DNA from: Mobula hypostoma
Taxonomy: Eukaryota
Direction of reading: 5' to 3'
Assembly: GCF_963921235.1 (NCBI RefSeq)
Contig: NC_086107.1
Location: 111,230,001 to 111,294,000, forward strand
DNA length: 64,000 bases
Part shown: positions 24,041 to 36,576 of the stretch, piece by piece
Numbering within the stretch: the stretch's first letter is position 1
How the letters are laid out: each line of letters begins with the position of its first letter
Notes under the pieces: model-generated
Told to the model about the DNA's origin: nothing
Seen by the model: the letters and a program-made list of their open reading frames with translations, nothing else
Databases searched by the model: none
Position numbers and translations under genes: made by a program

Positions 24041-24332
24041 TGTGGCGCATGGCCAAGTGGTTAAGGCATTGGTCTAGCGATCTGAAGGTCGTGAATTTGA
24101 GCCCCAGCCGAGGCACTGTGTTGTGTCCTTGAGCAAGGCACTTAACCACACTCTGCGCCAGTCCACCCAGCTGAAAATGGGTACTGGCAAAATGCTGGGG
24201 GTTAACCTCGCGATAGACTGGCATCCTATCCGAGGGGGGAGTCTTGTACTCTCAGTCGCTTCACGCCAAGGAAACCGGCATAAGCACCAGCCTAATGAGC
24301 CTATAAGGCTTGGGACAGGCTTTAACTTTAAC
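24041..24332 (+). mobile_element. tRNA-derived CORE-like SINE
   Basis: A box TGGCCAAGTGG (24050-24060) and degenerate B box (~24091-24104). GTGTCCTTGAGCAAGGCACTTAACC...CTGAAAATGGG resembles the MIR CORE domain. Confidence 0.7.
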
Positions 24333-25215
24333 TTCTTAGTTGTTTGCATGATTTGTTCTTTTTTTCCACACATTGGGTGTTTGATGGTTTTTGTCGTGAG
24401 GCTTTTTATAATGGGTTCGATTGTGCATCTCCATTTTGTGGCTGCCTGCAAGAAGACAAACCTCAAGGTTGTATATAGTATACATACTTTGATATTAAAT
24501 GCACTTTGAACTTTGAACTTGAGCAGACATACCCATGCCAAACCTCAAACTGAACTCCACCACAATATCTTCTCTATCTGCAGTCTGAAGAGAAGACTGC
24601 AGTTGGGAAATGGTTAACGTACAGTTGAAGGAAGTATTTAACACTAGCGTCCATGTAATTAGGACATGTGACTTCAATTAGGTTGCCTAGCGACTGAGTA
24701 GATAGTATTTTTTTCAGACTGTTGAGACCACCCAGTGCCTCTACAAGTGATTCAGAAAATACTAGGAACAGGTCTGGGCTAGGGTGATTGTCTCCACAAC
24801 TTTTGATACTCTCTCGAGTTACCTAACAAAGGTCTTCTTTGGCTGTTCCTCTTCCTCCTACAACATCCCACTCTCATGGATTCCATTGTTCCTGGAAAGT
24901 GATGAGGAGAAATTTTCTGCTGGGCAACCGACGGAGACACCATGACCTTAGGTATACCCAAGGCCTGAATATCCCCTTTCAAAGTGGGTTACAGTTCTGT
25001 GTCTGATCTTACACAGGTTCCGACGTACCTACCCTATCCCCCGCCCGCTATGGGCATCAACTATTTTTCAGATGCGGCTCATTCGATCACACTTTCCCTG
25101 AGACCAGTCGCTTGTACAAAGGTCCTCGAGCTCCACAGGGAGCATGTGTAGCCAGTGGAAGAACTGATAATCACCTGAGATTGTGAACTTGAGAGCTGGT
25201 CAGCTCCCACACCTG

Positions 25216-25251
25216 CTCTCTGTCTCTCTGTCTCTCTGTCTCTCTCTCTTG

Positions 25252-25332
<81 letters not shown>

Positions 25333-25620
25333 TCTCTCTCTCTCTTTTTCTCCTTCCATCTTAATTTCCTCTCTCTCTCTATCTTAATCCTCTCTCTCTC
25401 CATCTTAGTCTCCTCTCTCTCTGATACAAACTTGCTTTCTTTCCTTCTCCCTCTTTGTCTTTCTCCCCCCCCAATCTCACATTCTTCCTCTCTCCCTCTC
25501 TCCTCTCCCACTCTCTCTCTCCCTCCCTCCCTCTCACCCTCTCTCCCTCTTCTCTCCCCCCTCTCTCCCTCTCCCCCTCTCCTCCCTCCCCCTCTCTCGC
25601 TCTCCCTCAATCTCTCCCCC
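25216..25620. repeat. (CT)n / pyrimidine-rich simple repeat
   Basis: Direct inspection. Confidence 0.95.
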
Positions 25621-26439
25621 TGCCAATGCTTGTGTTCTTTTGTGAAATGGCTTTAGTGAGTGATTGTGCGGCAAGACAAGATGATCTAGAGGAATATGCT
25701 ATTCCTTCATCAGATATGAGTGACTTGCCTCAGGTATTGGTTCAGGTCCAACCCCGGACACTCCTGGCATGTTACAGTGTTGCTGCTGAACTGAAGCGTG
25801 TCTGCCCCCATGTGTGGACCTAAAACAGTCCTTGCGCTAACTGCGGGGAGTCAGGACTGTCATCATCCTACACTGCACTTGCCCCAGACCAACACCACTA
25901 GGACTGACAGGCTAATGGGGGCCTGCCTCATTTCCCACAGTGAGACAGTGATTACGCTTCACCCGAGAGCCTGAGTGCTTGGGATATCCTGAGGTTGCAG
26001 GAGCTGCTACAGGATGTCCTGTCCTCCTGTCCTTGCACTCTGTATGGCGTCCCGTGAGACCCGTTTGTTGGGAGAGAGGCATCATGTGACTCACACCTCC
26101 ACTTGTGGGATCGAGTGGGATCGAGTGGGATTGAGTGCCTATCGAGCACTGTGGTTTTACAGAGCAGTTCTACAACACAGAAACACACACACACTCACAC
26201 TCACACTCACACTCAGTCACTCACACAGACACACTCACACACTACAGGCCATGGTAGCGTAACGGTTAGTGCAACCTATTACAGCTTGGGGCACTGGAGT
26301 TTGGAGTTCAATTCCAGCACCCTCTGTAAGGAGTCTGTATTCCCTCCCCATGGAATGCATGAGTTTCCTTCGGGTGCTCAGGTTTCCTCCCACAGTCCAA
26401 AGACATGCTGGTTAGTAGGTTAATTGGATATTGTAAATT

Positions 26440-26604
26440 AGTATACTATTATATTACCTTGTTATTTTATATCTAAACTGCACTGTTTGTACTAACTTCT
26501 TTTTGTGTATTAATATCTCTTGTAAAGTTATATTGCAACAGTGTATTAGTGCCTACATGGTTTACCTTTTGTGTACTAATTCAATAAAAAGATTTAAAAA
26601 GAAA
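26440..26604 (+). mobile_element. Short L1/Tx1-type 3' UTR insertion inside a V-SINE
   Basis: 14-bp TSD GGATATTGTAAATT (26426-26439 and 26605-26618), AATAAA and an A-rich tail. Confidence 0.75.
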
Positions 26605-29600
26605 GGATATTGTAAATTGTCCCGTGATTAGGTTAGGGTTAAATCAGGGGTTGCTGGGAAGGGCCTATTCCACGCTGTGTCTCAATAAATAAATAAATAA
26701 ATTCCAGATTACTATCAGAGCCCGCTGTTTCCTGCAAGCTCTTCCTGTCTTTTCCCTTGTGTGCGTTTGTACATGTGTGGAGGAACATTGGCCAAGTAAA
26801 GCAAGGAAGCAGCGTAGTTATTCTCTCAGCTCGCTGAATAGAAGCTGGGTGTCCCTTTGGCCAGGCTTGGGGAAGAGTGTGAGAACCTGATATGCCTATA
26901 TTTCCTTAGTACCTAGAGGTCTGCCGATGTCCGTCTTGACCTTGCACAGTGAGTGAGCTGAAAGGCATAGATAGAATAAATGTTTTCCAAAGGGCCAGAG
27001 GGCACAGCCTCAGACCATTTAGAACACAAAGGGTGGTGAATCTGTGGAATTCATTGCGACAGACGGCTGTGGAGGCCAATTCACTGGGTATATTTAAAAT
27101 GGCGGTTGATAGGTTCTTGATTAGTCAGGGCCTCAAAGGTTGCGGGGAGAGGGCAGGCGACTGGGGTTGAGAGGGAAAATAAATCAGCCATGATGGAATG
27201 GTGGAGCAGAATCGATGGGCCAAATGACCTATTTCTGTTCCTACGTTCTATGGTCTTATGCTTAGACAAATAGTTCTCCACAAAAAGTTTTCCAGGCCTT
27301 ATAGCAAAAGTGTAACTAACGTGTTGGAAGGGAATATGTCACCCCCGACTGGCTTTGCATGGTTTCGACGTGTCAGAGTCGGGTCCTGGATAGTCGCAGG
27401 TTACGGCAGGAAGGCGATGTCCAGAATGTGACGTGGACACATCCAACTGGATAAGCGTCAAGTATTTTCTGAGGAAAAGAATAAAATGACTACTACCTTT
27501 TTATTTCCTGCGGCCAATTGAACAAGGTAGGTAGCTGTGTAATGAGGCCAGAAAACAGGAAATCTTTTGTTTGGACACCGTGGGTGGAACAATTTCTGCC
27601 TGTTTAAATCCTGAACAGGAAGTGGAATGTTTCTAAAATGAACTGTAGTTTGGTGTTTATTTAATGAGCACGTTGGATTTCAATCAAACTCAGGCAGAAA
27701 GATATTTCCAACTGCTTCCATTAGGAAGCTCTCATCAGTGAATCCTCCATTTTGGACTTTTTGTTCCCCTCACTGTCAACTGTTCCTGGTTTCTTAGCCC
27801 CCTCTCTTCACAGTGACTACATCTACTTACTGCCCATTGCGCCACTGGTGTTTAGGGCAGCAATGAAGGTTCTCCATCTCTGTCTGTCCTTGGCCATCTT
27901 CTAGTCTTTGTCTTGATGGTGTTCAGAGCTTCCTTCATTGCGCCAGTAGCTTCCTCTTGGTTTTCACTGCTGTCAGCCATGCAAGACCTGGTGGAAACTC
28001 AGGAATACTCTCAGATGTAGAAGGATTTTTTGCTGTTTCTGTAACAGTATTTTTTTGATCAGTCAGGGTTGTTAACCATGAGCTAAATCTCTGAACCTGG
28101 AGGACTGGTAGACCACTCTGGTGTCTACCCTTTGACCTGTTTGGCATAGGTGACCCTACCAAGAGCCAAAGCATAAAGCCCTGACTCCACCCAGCATAGC
28201 TCTCCAGGTCATTGAAGCGCGCAATCCTCCAAACCCTACGGCAAGGTCGTGATCTTCTTGCAGGTCTTCACAGTGAAATGCTCCAGAATTTGGGGTGTGA
28301 GCGACTCTTCAGGCTTGGCCTCCGGCTTCACACTCTGCTAACGTGCCTGCGTTCTTCATATACCGTAACCTCATTGAACAGGCTCACAAACTCTTCTCAG
28401 CCTGAATGTCGATTCCAGGGGCCCGCCCTCCAGTCTGTTTTCAGAGACAATGGACATAAACCACAGGGAAGGTGGTCACATGACCCTGAACTCAACAATG
28501 GAACACCCTTAAAATCGCAGTTAAGCTTTACCAGGCAAAATTATTGCAGATCGGGGGAACTCAAGAAAAACATAGAGTCATATGTTGCAGGCTACGGTGC
28601 AGGCTCGAAGGGCTGAATGGCCTACCCCTGCACCTATTTTCTATGTTTCATACAGACATAGAACTCCACAGCACTGAAACAGGCCCTTCAGCCCATCTGA
28701 TTCCAGACTATTATTTTGCCTAGTCCGGTGGACTTGCACCTGTACCATGTCCAAACTTCTCCTAAATGTTGAAATCAATCCAATATCAGTCACTTCCTCC
28801 GGCAGCTCGTTCCACACTCTCGCCACCCTTTGAGTGAAGATATTCCCCTTAAATATTTTACTGTTCACTCTTAATCCATTTCACGATAATTCTAGTCTCA
28901 CCTAACCTCAGTGGGAAAAGCCTGCTTGCATTTACCCTATCTGTGTGTGGCATCCGTTAGTCTCGCGAGACCATGGATCTGCGCCTGGATTCTCTCCAGG
29001 GCGCAGGCCTGGGCAAGGTTGTATGGAAGACCGGCAGTTGCCCATGCTGCAAGTCTCCCCTCTCCACGACACCGATGTTGTCCAAGGGGAGGGCAAGGGC
29101 CGATACAGCTTGGCACCGGTGTCGTCGCAGGAGTTGCCAGAACGAGGTTGAAGGCAACGTCGGACTGCCTTAGGGACTCCAGCTCTGGATTTGTCCTCAG
29201 GGCTTACTCCCGAAGCCCTTCCCATGAGTGGGTATGGCTGCAAGGCAGCGGAGGTTTGGAATCAGAGTTTTCCCTCTCTTAGATGGACTGCCTTCCCAGG
29301 CTGACGAGCTCCACCTACCCGAAACCCTATCTGTACCCCTAGTAATCTTGTATACCTCTACCAAATCTCCCCTCAATCTCCTGCACCTCAGGGAATAACG
29401 TCCGAACCGATTCAACCTTTCCTATACCTTAGGTCTTCAAGTCCTGAAAAGACCCTTGGACTTTTTTCTCTGCACTCTTCCAACCTTATTGATGACAATG
29501 AGGTCGTCATCTCATATGAGGACGTTCTTGTCAAATGGTTGTAGATGCTGGAATTTAGAACAACGAAAGAACTTTTGGAAGAGCAGCACCTGTGGAGGCA

Positions 29601-29867
29601 AAGGGATGGTCGACATTTCAGATTTCTCTATCCACACTATCTAAAGTGCCCTTTTTCATCTCCCTGTCCAGGCACACTCAGAGTTTAAGGAACAGCTTCC
29701 TCCCCTCTGCCATCAGATTTCTGAATGAACAATGAACCAATGAAAACTACATCACTATTTTTTTTCACAAACAAGAGAAAATCTCCAGCTGCTGGAAATC
29801 CAAAGCAACACACACAAAACGCTTGATGAACTCACCAGGCCAGGCAGCGTCTATGGAAACGAGTCAA

Positions 29868-29905
29868 CAGTCAACGTTTCGGGCCGAGTCCCTTCATCAG
29901 GACTG
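29868..29905 (-). ncRNA. Minimal hammerhead ribozyme motif in a Penelope-like repeat (~29765-30135)
   Basis: Minus strand: CAGTC CTGATGA A GGG ACTCGG CCC GAAA CG TT GACTG. Confidence 0.68.
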
Positions 29906-31021
29906 GAAAAAAAGACAAGGAGCCGGAGTAAGAAGGTGGGGGAGGGGAGGGGGAACCACAAGGTGTGAGGTGAAACTATGGGGAGTGGGGGAGAGGTGAA
30001 GTAAAGAGCTGGGAAGTTGATTGATGAAAGATATACAGGGCTGCAGAAGGGGGAATCTGATAGGAGAGGACAGGAGGCTATGGAAGAAAGAAAAGGGGGA
30101 GCAGCACCAGAGGGAGGTGATGGGCAGGCAAGGAGTTACCATACTGCTTTTTTTTCTTTTCTTTTGCTCTCTTTTTACACTACTTAATTTTTATATATTT
30201 TTCTCATTGTAATTTATAACTTTTTTGTTATTATGTATACAATTCCTGTTTAAGGTGGCACTGGTGAAGTGCAGCAAACAACACAAACAGAACTATAAAT
30301 TACTGTACTAATCAAACTTTTTCTCAGATACCGTTACTGTAACTTCCCTCTTGGAGTTGAGCTTTTGAACCGCCTTTACATCCTGGCATTTTTGCGGTGT
30401 GAACTGAAGTCTCGAAGGTGCAGGACTGTTGTGTTGTGGTGGGTGTGGGCCCAGTCGAGGTGGCGGGGCTCAGGCCTGAGGATGGGGAATGAGCCCATGT
30501 TTGGCCAGTGCTGGGGCAGACTCGGAGGTGATTCGATGCAGCAGGACTGAGGCAAGGCACAGTTCAGGCAGCGGGGCCCAGGCCCAGGTCCAAGAGTGAG
30601 AATCGACCCGAGATTTGGCCGATTCAAGTGCAGGGCCAGATTGAAAGGGTCGGGGTGTCAGAGCGGGAGGTGAAGGACAGGCCGCTGTTCAGATCGCTGC
30701 TCTGTGCGTTTTACTCGTCTCTGCGCTGAACTGAGGCAACTAACGAGCTCCTGGATCGGCTGCAGTGACGACTGGCTTCACGGCTGTGGACTCACTTTCG
30801 TGAGCTTCAGTTCTGGATGTCATTTGCTTAATTTTATTGTTTGCACAATATGTTTATTTTTCAACACATTGGGTGTTTGTCAGTCTTTTTTATGGGTTCT
30901 AATGCACGACTTTGTTTTGTGGCAAATCTCAAGGTTGTATGTAGTATACATACTTTGATAATAAATGTCCTTTGAACTTTGACCCTTCAATGTACTGCTG
31001 CTGCAAAACAACATATTTTTT

Positions 31022-31700
31022 AGATTAGATTAGATTATGAGGACACGCAGTCAGTCCTCTTTTATTGTCATTTAGTAATGCATGCATTAAGAAATGATAC
31101 GATTTGTTCCTCCAGAATGATATCACAGAAACACAAGACAAACCAAGACCAAAAAAAACTGACAAAAAACACATAATTATAACAAATAGTTACAACAGTG
31201 CAAAGCAATAGCGTAATTTGATGAAAAACAGACCATGGGCACGATAAAGAAGGTCTCAAAGTCTCTCGAAACTCCCATCATCTCTCGCAGACAGTTGAAG
31301 GGAGAAACTCTCCCTGCCATGAGCTTCCAGCGCGGCCAACTTGCCGATGCAGCATCCTGGAAGCACCTGACCACAGTCGGACTCCGAGTCCATCCAAGCC
31401 TCCAATCAGCCCTCCGACACTGAGCACCGAGCACCATCTCTGCCGAGCGCTTCGACCCCGGCCCCAGCAACAGGCAACAGGCAAAGTCGAGGATTTGGAG
31501 CCTTCCCCTCCGGAGATTCTCTATCGCACAGTTGCAGCGGCAGCGAAACAGGCATTTCAGAAGTTAATCCAGATGTTCCTCTGTGCTTCTCACATCTGTC
31601 TCCATCAAATCAGGATTGTACACAGCCCCTATTTAACACGTACGATATCATTCGGAGTGGTCACGTGCACTGCGTCGCACCGCCATCTTCTCCTCCCCTC
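31022..31700 (-). mobile_element. Complete-looking non-autonomous LINE derivative (5' UTR fused to 3' tail)
   Basis: Minus strand starts GGAGGAGAAGATGGCGG (YY1-type motif), has a CpG-rich body and ends with AATAAA and a (TCTAA)n tail. Confidence 0.55.
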
Positions 31701-31919
31701 TTGATTGTCAGTGATATTAAACTTGATTCTGAATCTGAATGATCTCAGTGGCAGGGAATGGCCACTCCCATGGTTCGGGGGGATGAGGGACCCGCACGGC
31801 CACCTCAGAAGGACCAGGACTGATGCATTTGTGTCAAGTTTGGCTATGTTGCTGAGGAGGCTTCAGATTAGCTTAACAGGCAGATGAGAAGCTGATGACC
31901 TCACATAATTATCCGCCAG

Positions 31920-33620
31920 TTAATTATGGAGTGTGCAGTCCTGGCCTACCCAGGATGTGTTGGCTTTGAGGAAGATGCAGAAGAGGTTTACAAGGATGGT
32001 GCCACAATTAGAGGCTATGAGCTATAAGGACAGGCTTGAAAACTCTGGTTATGGTTGCTTTCTTTGGAGCGGCGGAGGCAGATAGAAGTTTATAAATAAT
32101 GAGAGACAGATAGCCAGAACCTTTTATTCCCAGAGTGGAAATGCCCAAGTAGTGGAGGACTTGCATTTAAGGTGAGAGGGGAAGGGTCTGCAGAAAACAT
32201 TATTTACCCAGAAGAGAATCGTAGGGGTCATGAAAATGTGCTGCTAAAGGCAGTTGTGGGAGCAGATGTGATAATTCAAAGTTCAAAGTTTAAAATAAAT
32301 TTATTATTGAAGTACATATATGTCATCATATACGACCCTCAGATTTGTTTTCTTGTGGGCATACACAATCAATCCAAGAAGCACAGTAGAATTGATGAAA
32401 CACCAAACTCAACAGGACGGATGCCCAATGTGCAAAAGACAACAAAATCTGCAGATACAAAATAAAATAATAATAATAAATAAGCAAGCAATAAATATTG
32501 AGAGCACGAGATGAAGAGTCCTCGAAAGTGAGTCCAGAGGTTGTGGGAACAGTTCCGTGACGGGGCAAGTGAAGTTGACCCCTCTGGTTCAAGAAGCTGG
32601 TGGTTGGGAGGTAATAGCTGTTGATGAACATGGTGGTGTGGGTCTCCAGTCTCCCGGACCGTCTTCCTGATGGTGGCAACGCCAAGGGAGCATGACCTGG
32701 GTGGTTGGGTCCCTTGATAGTGGACGTGACTTTCCTGCGACACTGATGACATTTAAGCGGCTGTTAGATAGTCATAGTCATAGTCATACTTTATTGATCC
32801 CGGGGGAAATTAGTTTTCATTACAGTTGCACCATAATTAATAAATAGTAATAGTAATATTACTATTAGTAAATAGTAAATAGTAATAGTCATAGAAATAA
32901 TAAATAGTAATAGAAAATAGTAATAAATAGTTAAATAGTAATATGTAAATTATGCCAGTAAATTATGAAATAAGTCCAGGACCAGCCTATTGGTTCAGGG
33001 TGTCTGACCCTCCAAGGGAGGAGTTGTAAAGTTTGATGGCCACAGGCAGGAATGACTTCCTATGACGCTCTGTGCTGCATCTCGGTGGGATGAGTCTCTG
33101 GCTGAATGCACTCCTGTGCCCACCCAGTACATTATGTAGTGGATGGGAGACATTGTCCAAGATGGCATGCAACTTAGACAGCATCCTCTTTTCAGACACC
33201 ACCATGAGAGAGTCCAGTTCCATCCCCACAACATCACTGGCCTTACAAATGAGTTTGTTGATTCTGTTGGTGTCTGCTACCCTCAGTCTGCTGCCCCAGC
33301 ACACAACAACAAACATGATAGCACTGGCCACCACAGACTCGTAGAACATCCTCAGCATCGTCCGGCAGATGTTAAAGGACCTCAGTCTCCTCAGGAAATA
33401 GAGACGGCTCTGACCCTTCTTGTAGACAGCCTCAGTGTTCTTGGACCAGTCCAGTTTATTGTCAATTCGTATCCCTAGGTATTTGTAATCCAGACACATG
33501 AACGTACAGAGATTGGAGGAATATGGATCACATGCAGGCAGGAGAGACTTAAATTAATTTGGCATAGCGTTCAGAATCGTCATTGTGAGCTGAAGAGAAT
33601 GTTCCTGTGCTGTTTTGGTC
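31920..33620 (+). mobile_element. Old CR1 3' fragment interrupted by two minus-strand Rex/Babar inserts (~32275-32745 and 32771-33492)
   Basis: CR1 sequence resumes in register on each side of both inserts. Confidence 0.7.
32771..33492 (-). mobile_element. Young Rex/Babar LINE 3' end
   Basis: Open ORF (YKYLGIRIDNKLDWSKNTEAVYKKGQSRLYFLRRLRSFN...SFLPVAIKLYN), AATAAA and a (ACTATG)n tail. Confidence 0.9.
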
Positions 33621-33789
33621 TATGACTTTGTCTGCTTGACCACTCCCTTAACCTATCCATCTGTGTCTTCAGTCTCTTGTGGCATCCCAGCTTGCGAACC
33701 CGCCCATCAGAATCTCTTTATTGCCAGTGTGTGACACATACTAGAATTGATTGTGGTTCATTGCCAAGCATAAAACACAGGACAATACC

Positions 33790-35320
33790 ATAACTGGATT
33801 CCAAGGGGGAGAGTTTCTAGAATGCCTACGAGATGGCTTTTTAGAGCAGTTCATGGATGTGTCTGCTAGGGGATCAGCTATTCTGGATTGAGTATTGTGC
33901 AATGAATTGATTAGAGAGTTTAAGGTACAATAACCCTCAGGAGAGAGTGATCATGTTATGATCAAATTCACCCCGGAATTTGAGAAGGAGATGGTAAAGT
34001 CTGATACATCAGTATTATAGTGGAGTAAATGGAATTACAGAGGCATGAGAGAGGAGTTGGCGAGAATTGATTGGAAAAGAACACTGGCAGGGGTGATAGC
34101 AGCATAATAATGGCTGGAATTTCTGGAAGCAATTCAGAAGACACAGAATATTTACATCCCAAAGAGGAAAAAGTATTCTAAAGGCAGGATAACACAACTG
34201 TGGCTAACAAGGGAAGTTAAATTCAACATAAAAGCCAAAGTGAGGGCTTATAGTAGGGCAAAGATTAGTGAGAAGTTAGAGGATTGGGAAGCTTTTAAAA
34301 ACCAACTGAAGGCAACTTAAAAAGTCATTACAAAGGTAGAGAATGAATACAAAAGTAAGCCAGGCAATAATATTAAAGAGGATACCAAAAGTTTCCTCAG
34401 ATACATAAAGTGTAAAAGAGAGGTTGAGAGTGGAAATCATACTGCTGGGAAATGATGCTGGAGAGATAGAAATGGGAGATAAGGAAATGTGGATGAACTG
34501 AATAAGTATTTTGCATCAGTCTTCACTGTGGAAGACACTAGCAGTTTGATGGAAGTTCCAGGTGTCAGGGGTCATGAGGTGTGTGAAGTTACCATGACTA
34601 GAGAGAAGGTTCTTGGGAAACTGAAAAATCTGAAGGTAGATAGGTCACCTGGACCAGATGGTGTACATCTCAGGGTTCTGAAAGAGTTGGATGAAGAGAT
34701 TGAGGAGGATTAGTAATGATCTTTCAAGATTCACTAGATTCTGGTTTGGTTCTAGAAGACTGGAAAATTGCAAATGTCAAATTCACTCTTCAAAAAGGGA
34801 GAGAGGCAGAAGGAAGGAAACTACAGGCCTGTTAGTCTGACCTCAGTGTTCGGGAAGATGTTGGAGTCGACTATTAAGGATGAGTGCCAGGGTACTTGGA
34901 GGCACATGATAGAACAGGCCGTAGTCAGTATGGTTGCCTCAAAGGAAAATCTTGTCTCATAAATCTGTTGGAATTCTTTGAAGAAATATTAAGCAGAATA
35001 GACGAAGGAGAATCAATTGATGTTGTGTACTTGGATTTTCAGAAGGCCTTTGACAAGGTGCCACACATGAGGCTGCTTAACAAGCTACGAGCCCATGGTA
35101 TTACAGGAGAGATTATAGCATGGATACAATAGTTGCCTCAGCCATTGGGTGTATTTAGGCAGTGGTTGAAACGTTCTTGATTAGCAGGGTATGAAAGGTT
35201 ACAGGGAGAAGGCAAGAGAATGGATTTAAAAGGGAAAATGGATCAGCCATGATGAAATGACGGAGCAGACCCAATGGTTTGAATGGCCTAATTCTGCTCC
35301 TATGCCTTATGGTCTGGTTA
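33790..35320 (+). mobile_element. CR1 LINE ORF2 fragment (endonuclease end to RT N-terminus, internal deletion, 3' end)
   Basis: LNKYFASVFTVED, SPGPDGVH, GNYRPVSLTSV, DVVYLDFQKAFDKVPH, with frameshifts. Confidence 0.9.
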
Positions 35321-36326
35321 TGGACAGCTGAATTATTGTAAAGTAACACTGTAGCAGGTTTGTTCTGGGACATGAATTCTGAATTCTAGACGTGAGAAGA
35401 AGCTGGAAGGGCAGAACGACCCTTTTCAAGGAATCAAGCGGACAGGTACGGTTTTAGGGTAGCAGTTGGCGCTTTGCTTTCCAGCACCAGCCAACGATCA
35501 CCAATCAGGGCTCGATCCCTCCGCTGCCTGTAAGGAGATTGTTCATTCTCCGCGTGACTACGTGGGTTTCCTCCGGGTGCTCTGGTCTCTTCCCAAGTCC
35601 AAAGACGTTTGGTTAGGGCTAGTGAGTTGTGGGTACACTATGTTGCTGCTGGAAGTGTGGTGACACTTGCTCCCCCCCCCCAACACAATCACAATTGATT
35701 TGACACAAACGACGCATTTCATTATATGCTTTGATCTTTCAATGTACTGTACATGTGACAAATAAAGATAATCTTTAGTCTTTATCTTCAAGGAGCAGGA
35801 GTTTCCGTACAACATGTCTGTAGAATAACAATGAAATTCACTGTTCAACATATTGTAGCTGACTATAAAGCAATATTATTTTCCTCAAACATTCCTTAGA
35901 CTTTCCTGACATTTGGTTGCCTGCTCAAGGCCGTGGACCTGAAACACAACCTCTGTTTCTTTTTCCACAGGTACCGTCCGACCTGCCGAGTTTTTTCCAG
36001 CATTTTCTGTTTTTTTTTAATATTTCAGATTTCCAGCATCTGCAGTTTTGACTTTGATTTTTTTTTTACTAGGTTGTCTCTCCTGCCTGTCTGGCAGACG
36101 GGACATTCTGTCTGCTCTCTGAAGCAGTGGTACTGTGCTAAATGACTGACAGAATAATGCCCAGGACTTGCCCGCTTTTTATTGCTACAATCAGGGAGGA
36201 GGTACAGGAGTCTGAAGGCTCACACTCAACATCTCAGGAACAGCTTCTGCCCCTCTGCCACTTGATCATCTTATTTCTGAATCGACAGTTTTTTCCTTCT
36301 CTTTTTACATTACTTATTTAATATAT

Positions 36327-36576
36327 GACCCGGCTGGTGGCGTAGTGGCATCAGTGTCGGACTTTGGGATGAAAGGTCCCGAGATCGAATCCAGCTGGCT
36401 CCCCTGCACGCTTTCCATCCGTGCTGGGTTACGAGCTGGTGATCTGTTTGGAAACTCACCCGGCAGAAGGCAATGGCAAACCATTGCTGTAACTTGCCTC
36501 GTACGCGGTTCCCACGAGAGTCGTGGAAGGAAATCATCCGTTAACCGGAGAAACTCCGGATGCAACGTACCTTTCC
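36327..36576 (+). mobile_element. tRNA-derived SINE with RTE-like tail
   Basis: A box TGGCGTAGTGG (36338), B box GAGATCGAATCC (36381-36392), and GAAGGCAATGGCAAACC motif. Confidence 0.7.

Noticed and set aside
25171..25823. ER-rich and LS-rich ORFs
   Set aside because: Translations of the (CT)n repeat. The unique tail MALVSDCAARQDDLEE... has no recognisable domain or supporting exon structure.
28212..28616. 134-aa ORF in partly unique sequence
   Set aside because: It begins in a repeat with a non-ATG codon and ends in a CR1 tail, with no domain similarity that I can recognise.
35389..36144. Plus-strand exon pair (REKKLEGQNDPFSRNQADR / LSLLPVWQTGH...)
   Set aside because: The first exon has weak splice sites, the second acceptor borrows a repeat-derived T tract, and the peptide is unrecognisable.
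36327..36400. tRNA gene
   Set aside because: A and B boxes are present, but there is no intact cloverleaf or terminator. It continues into a SINE body.
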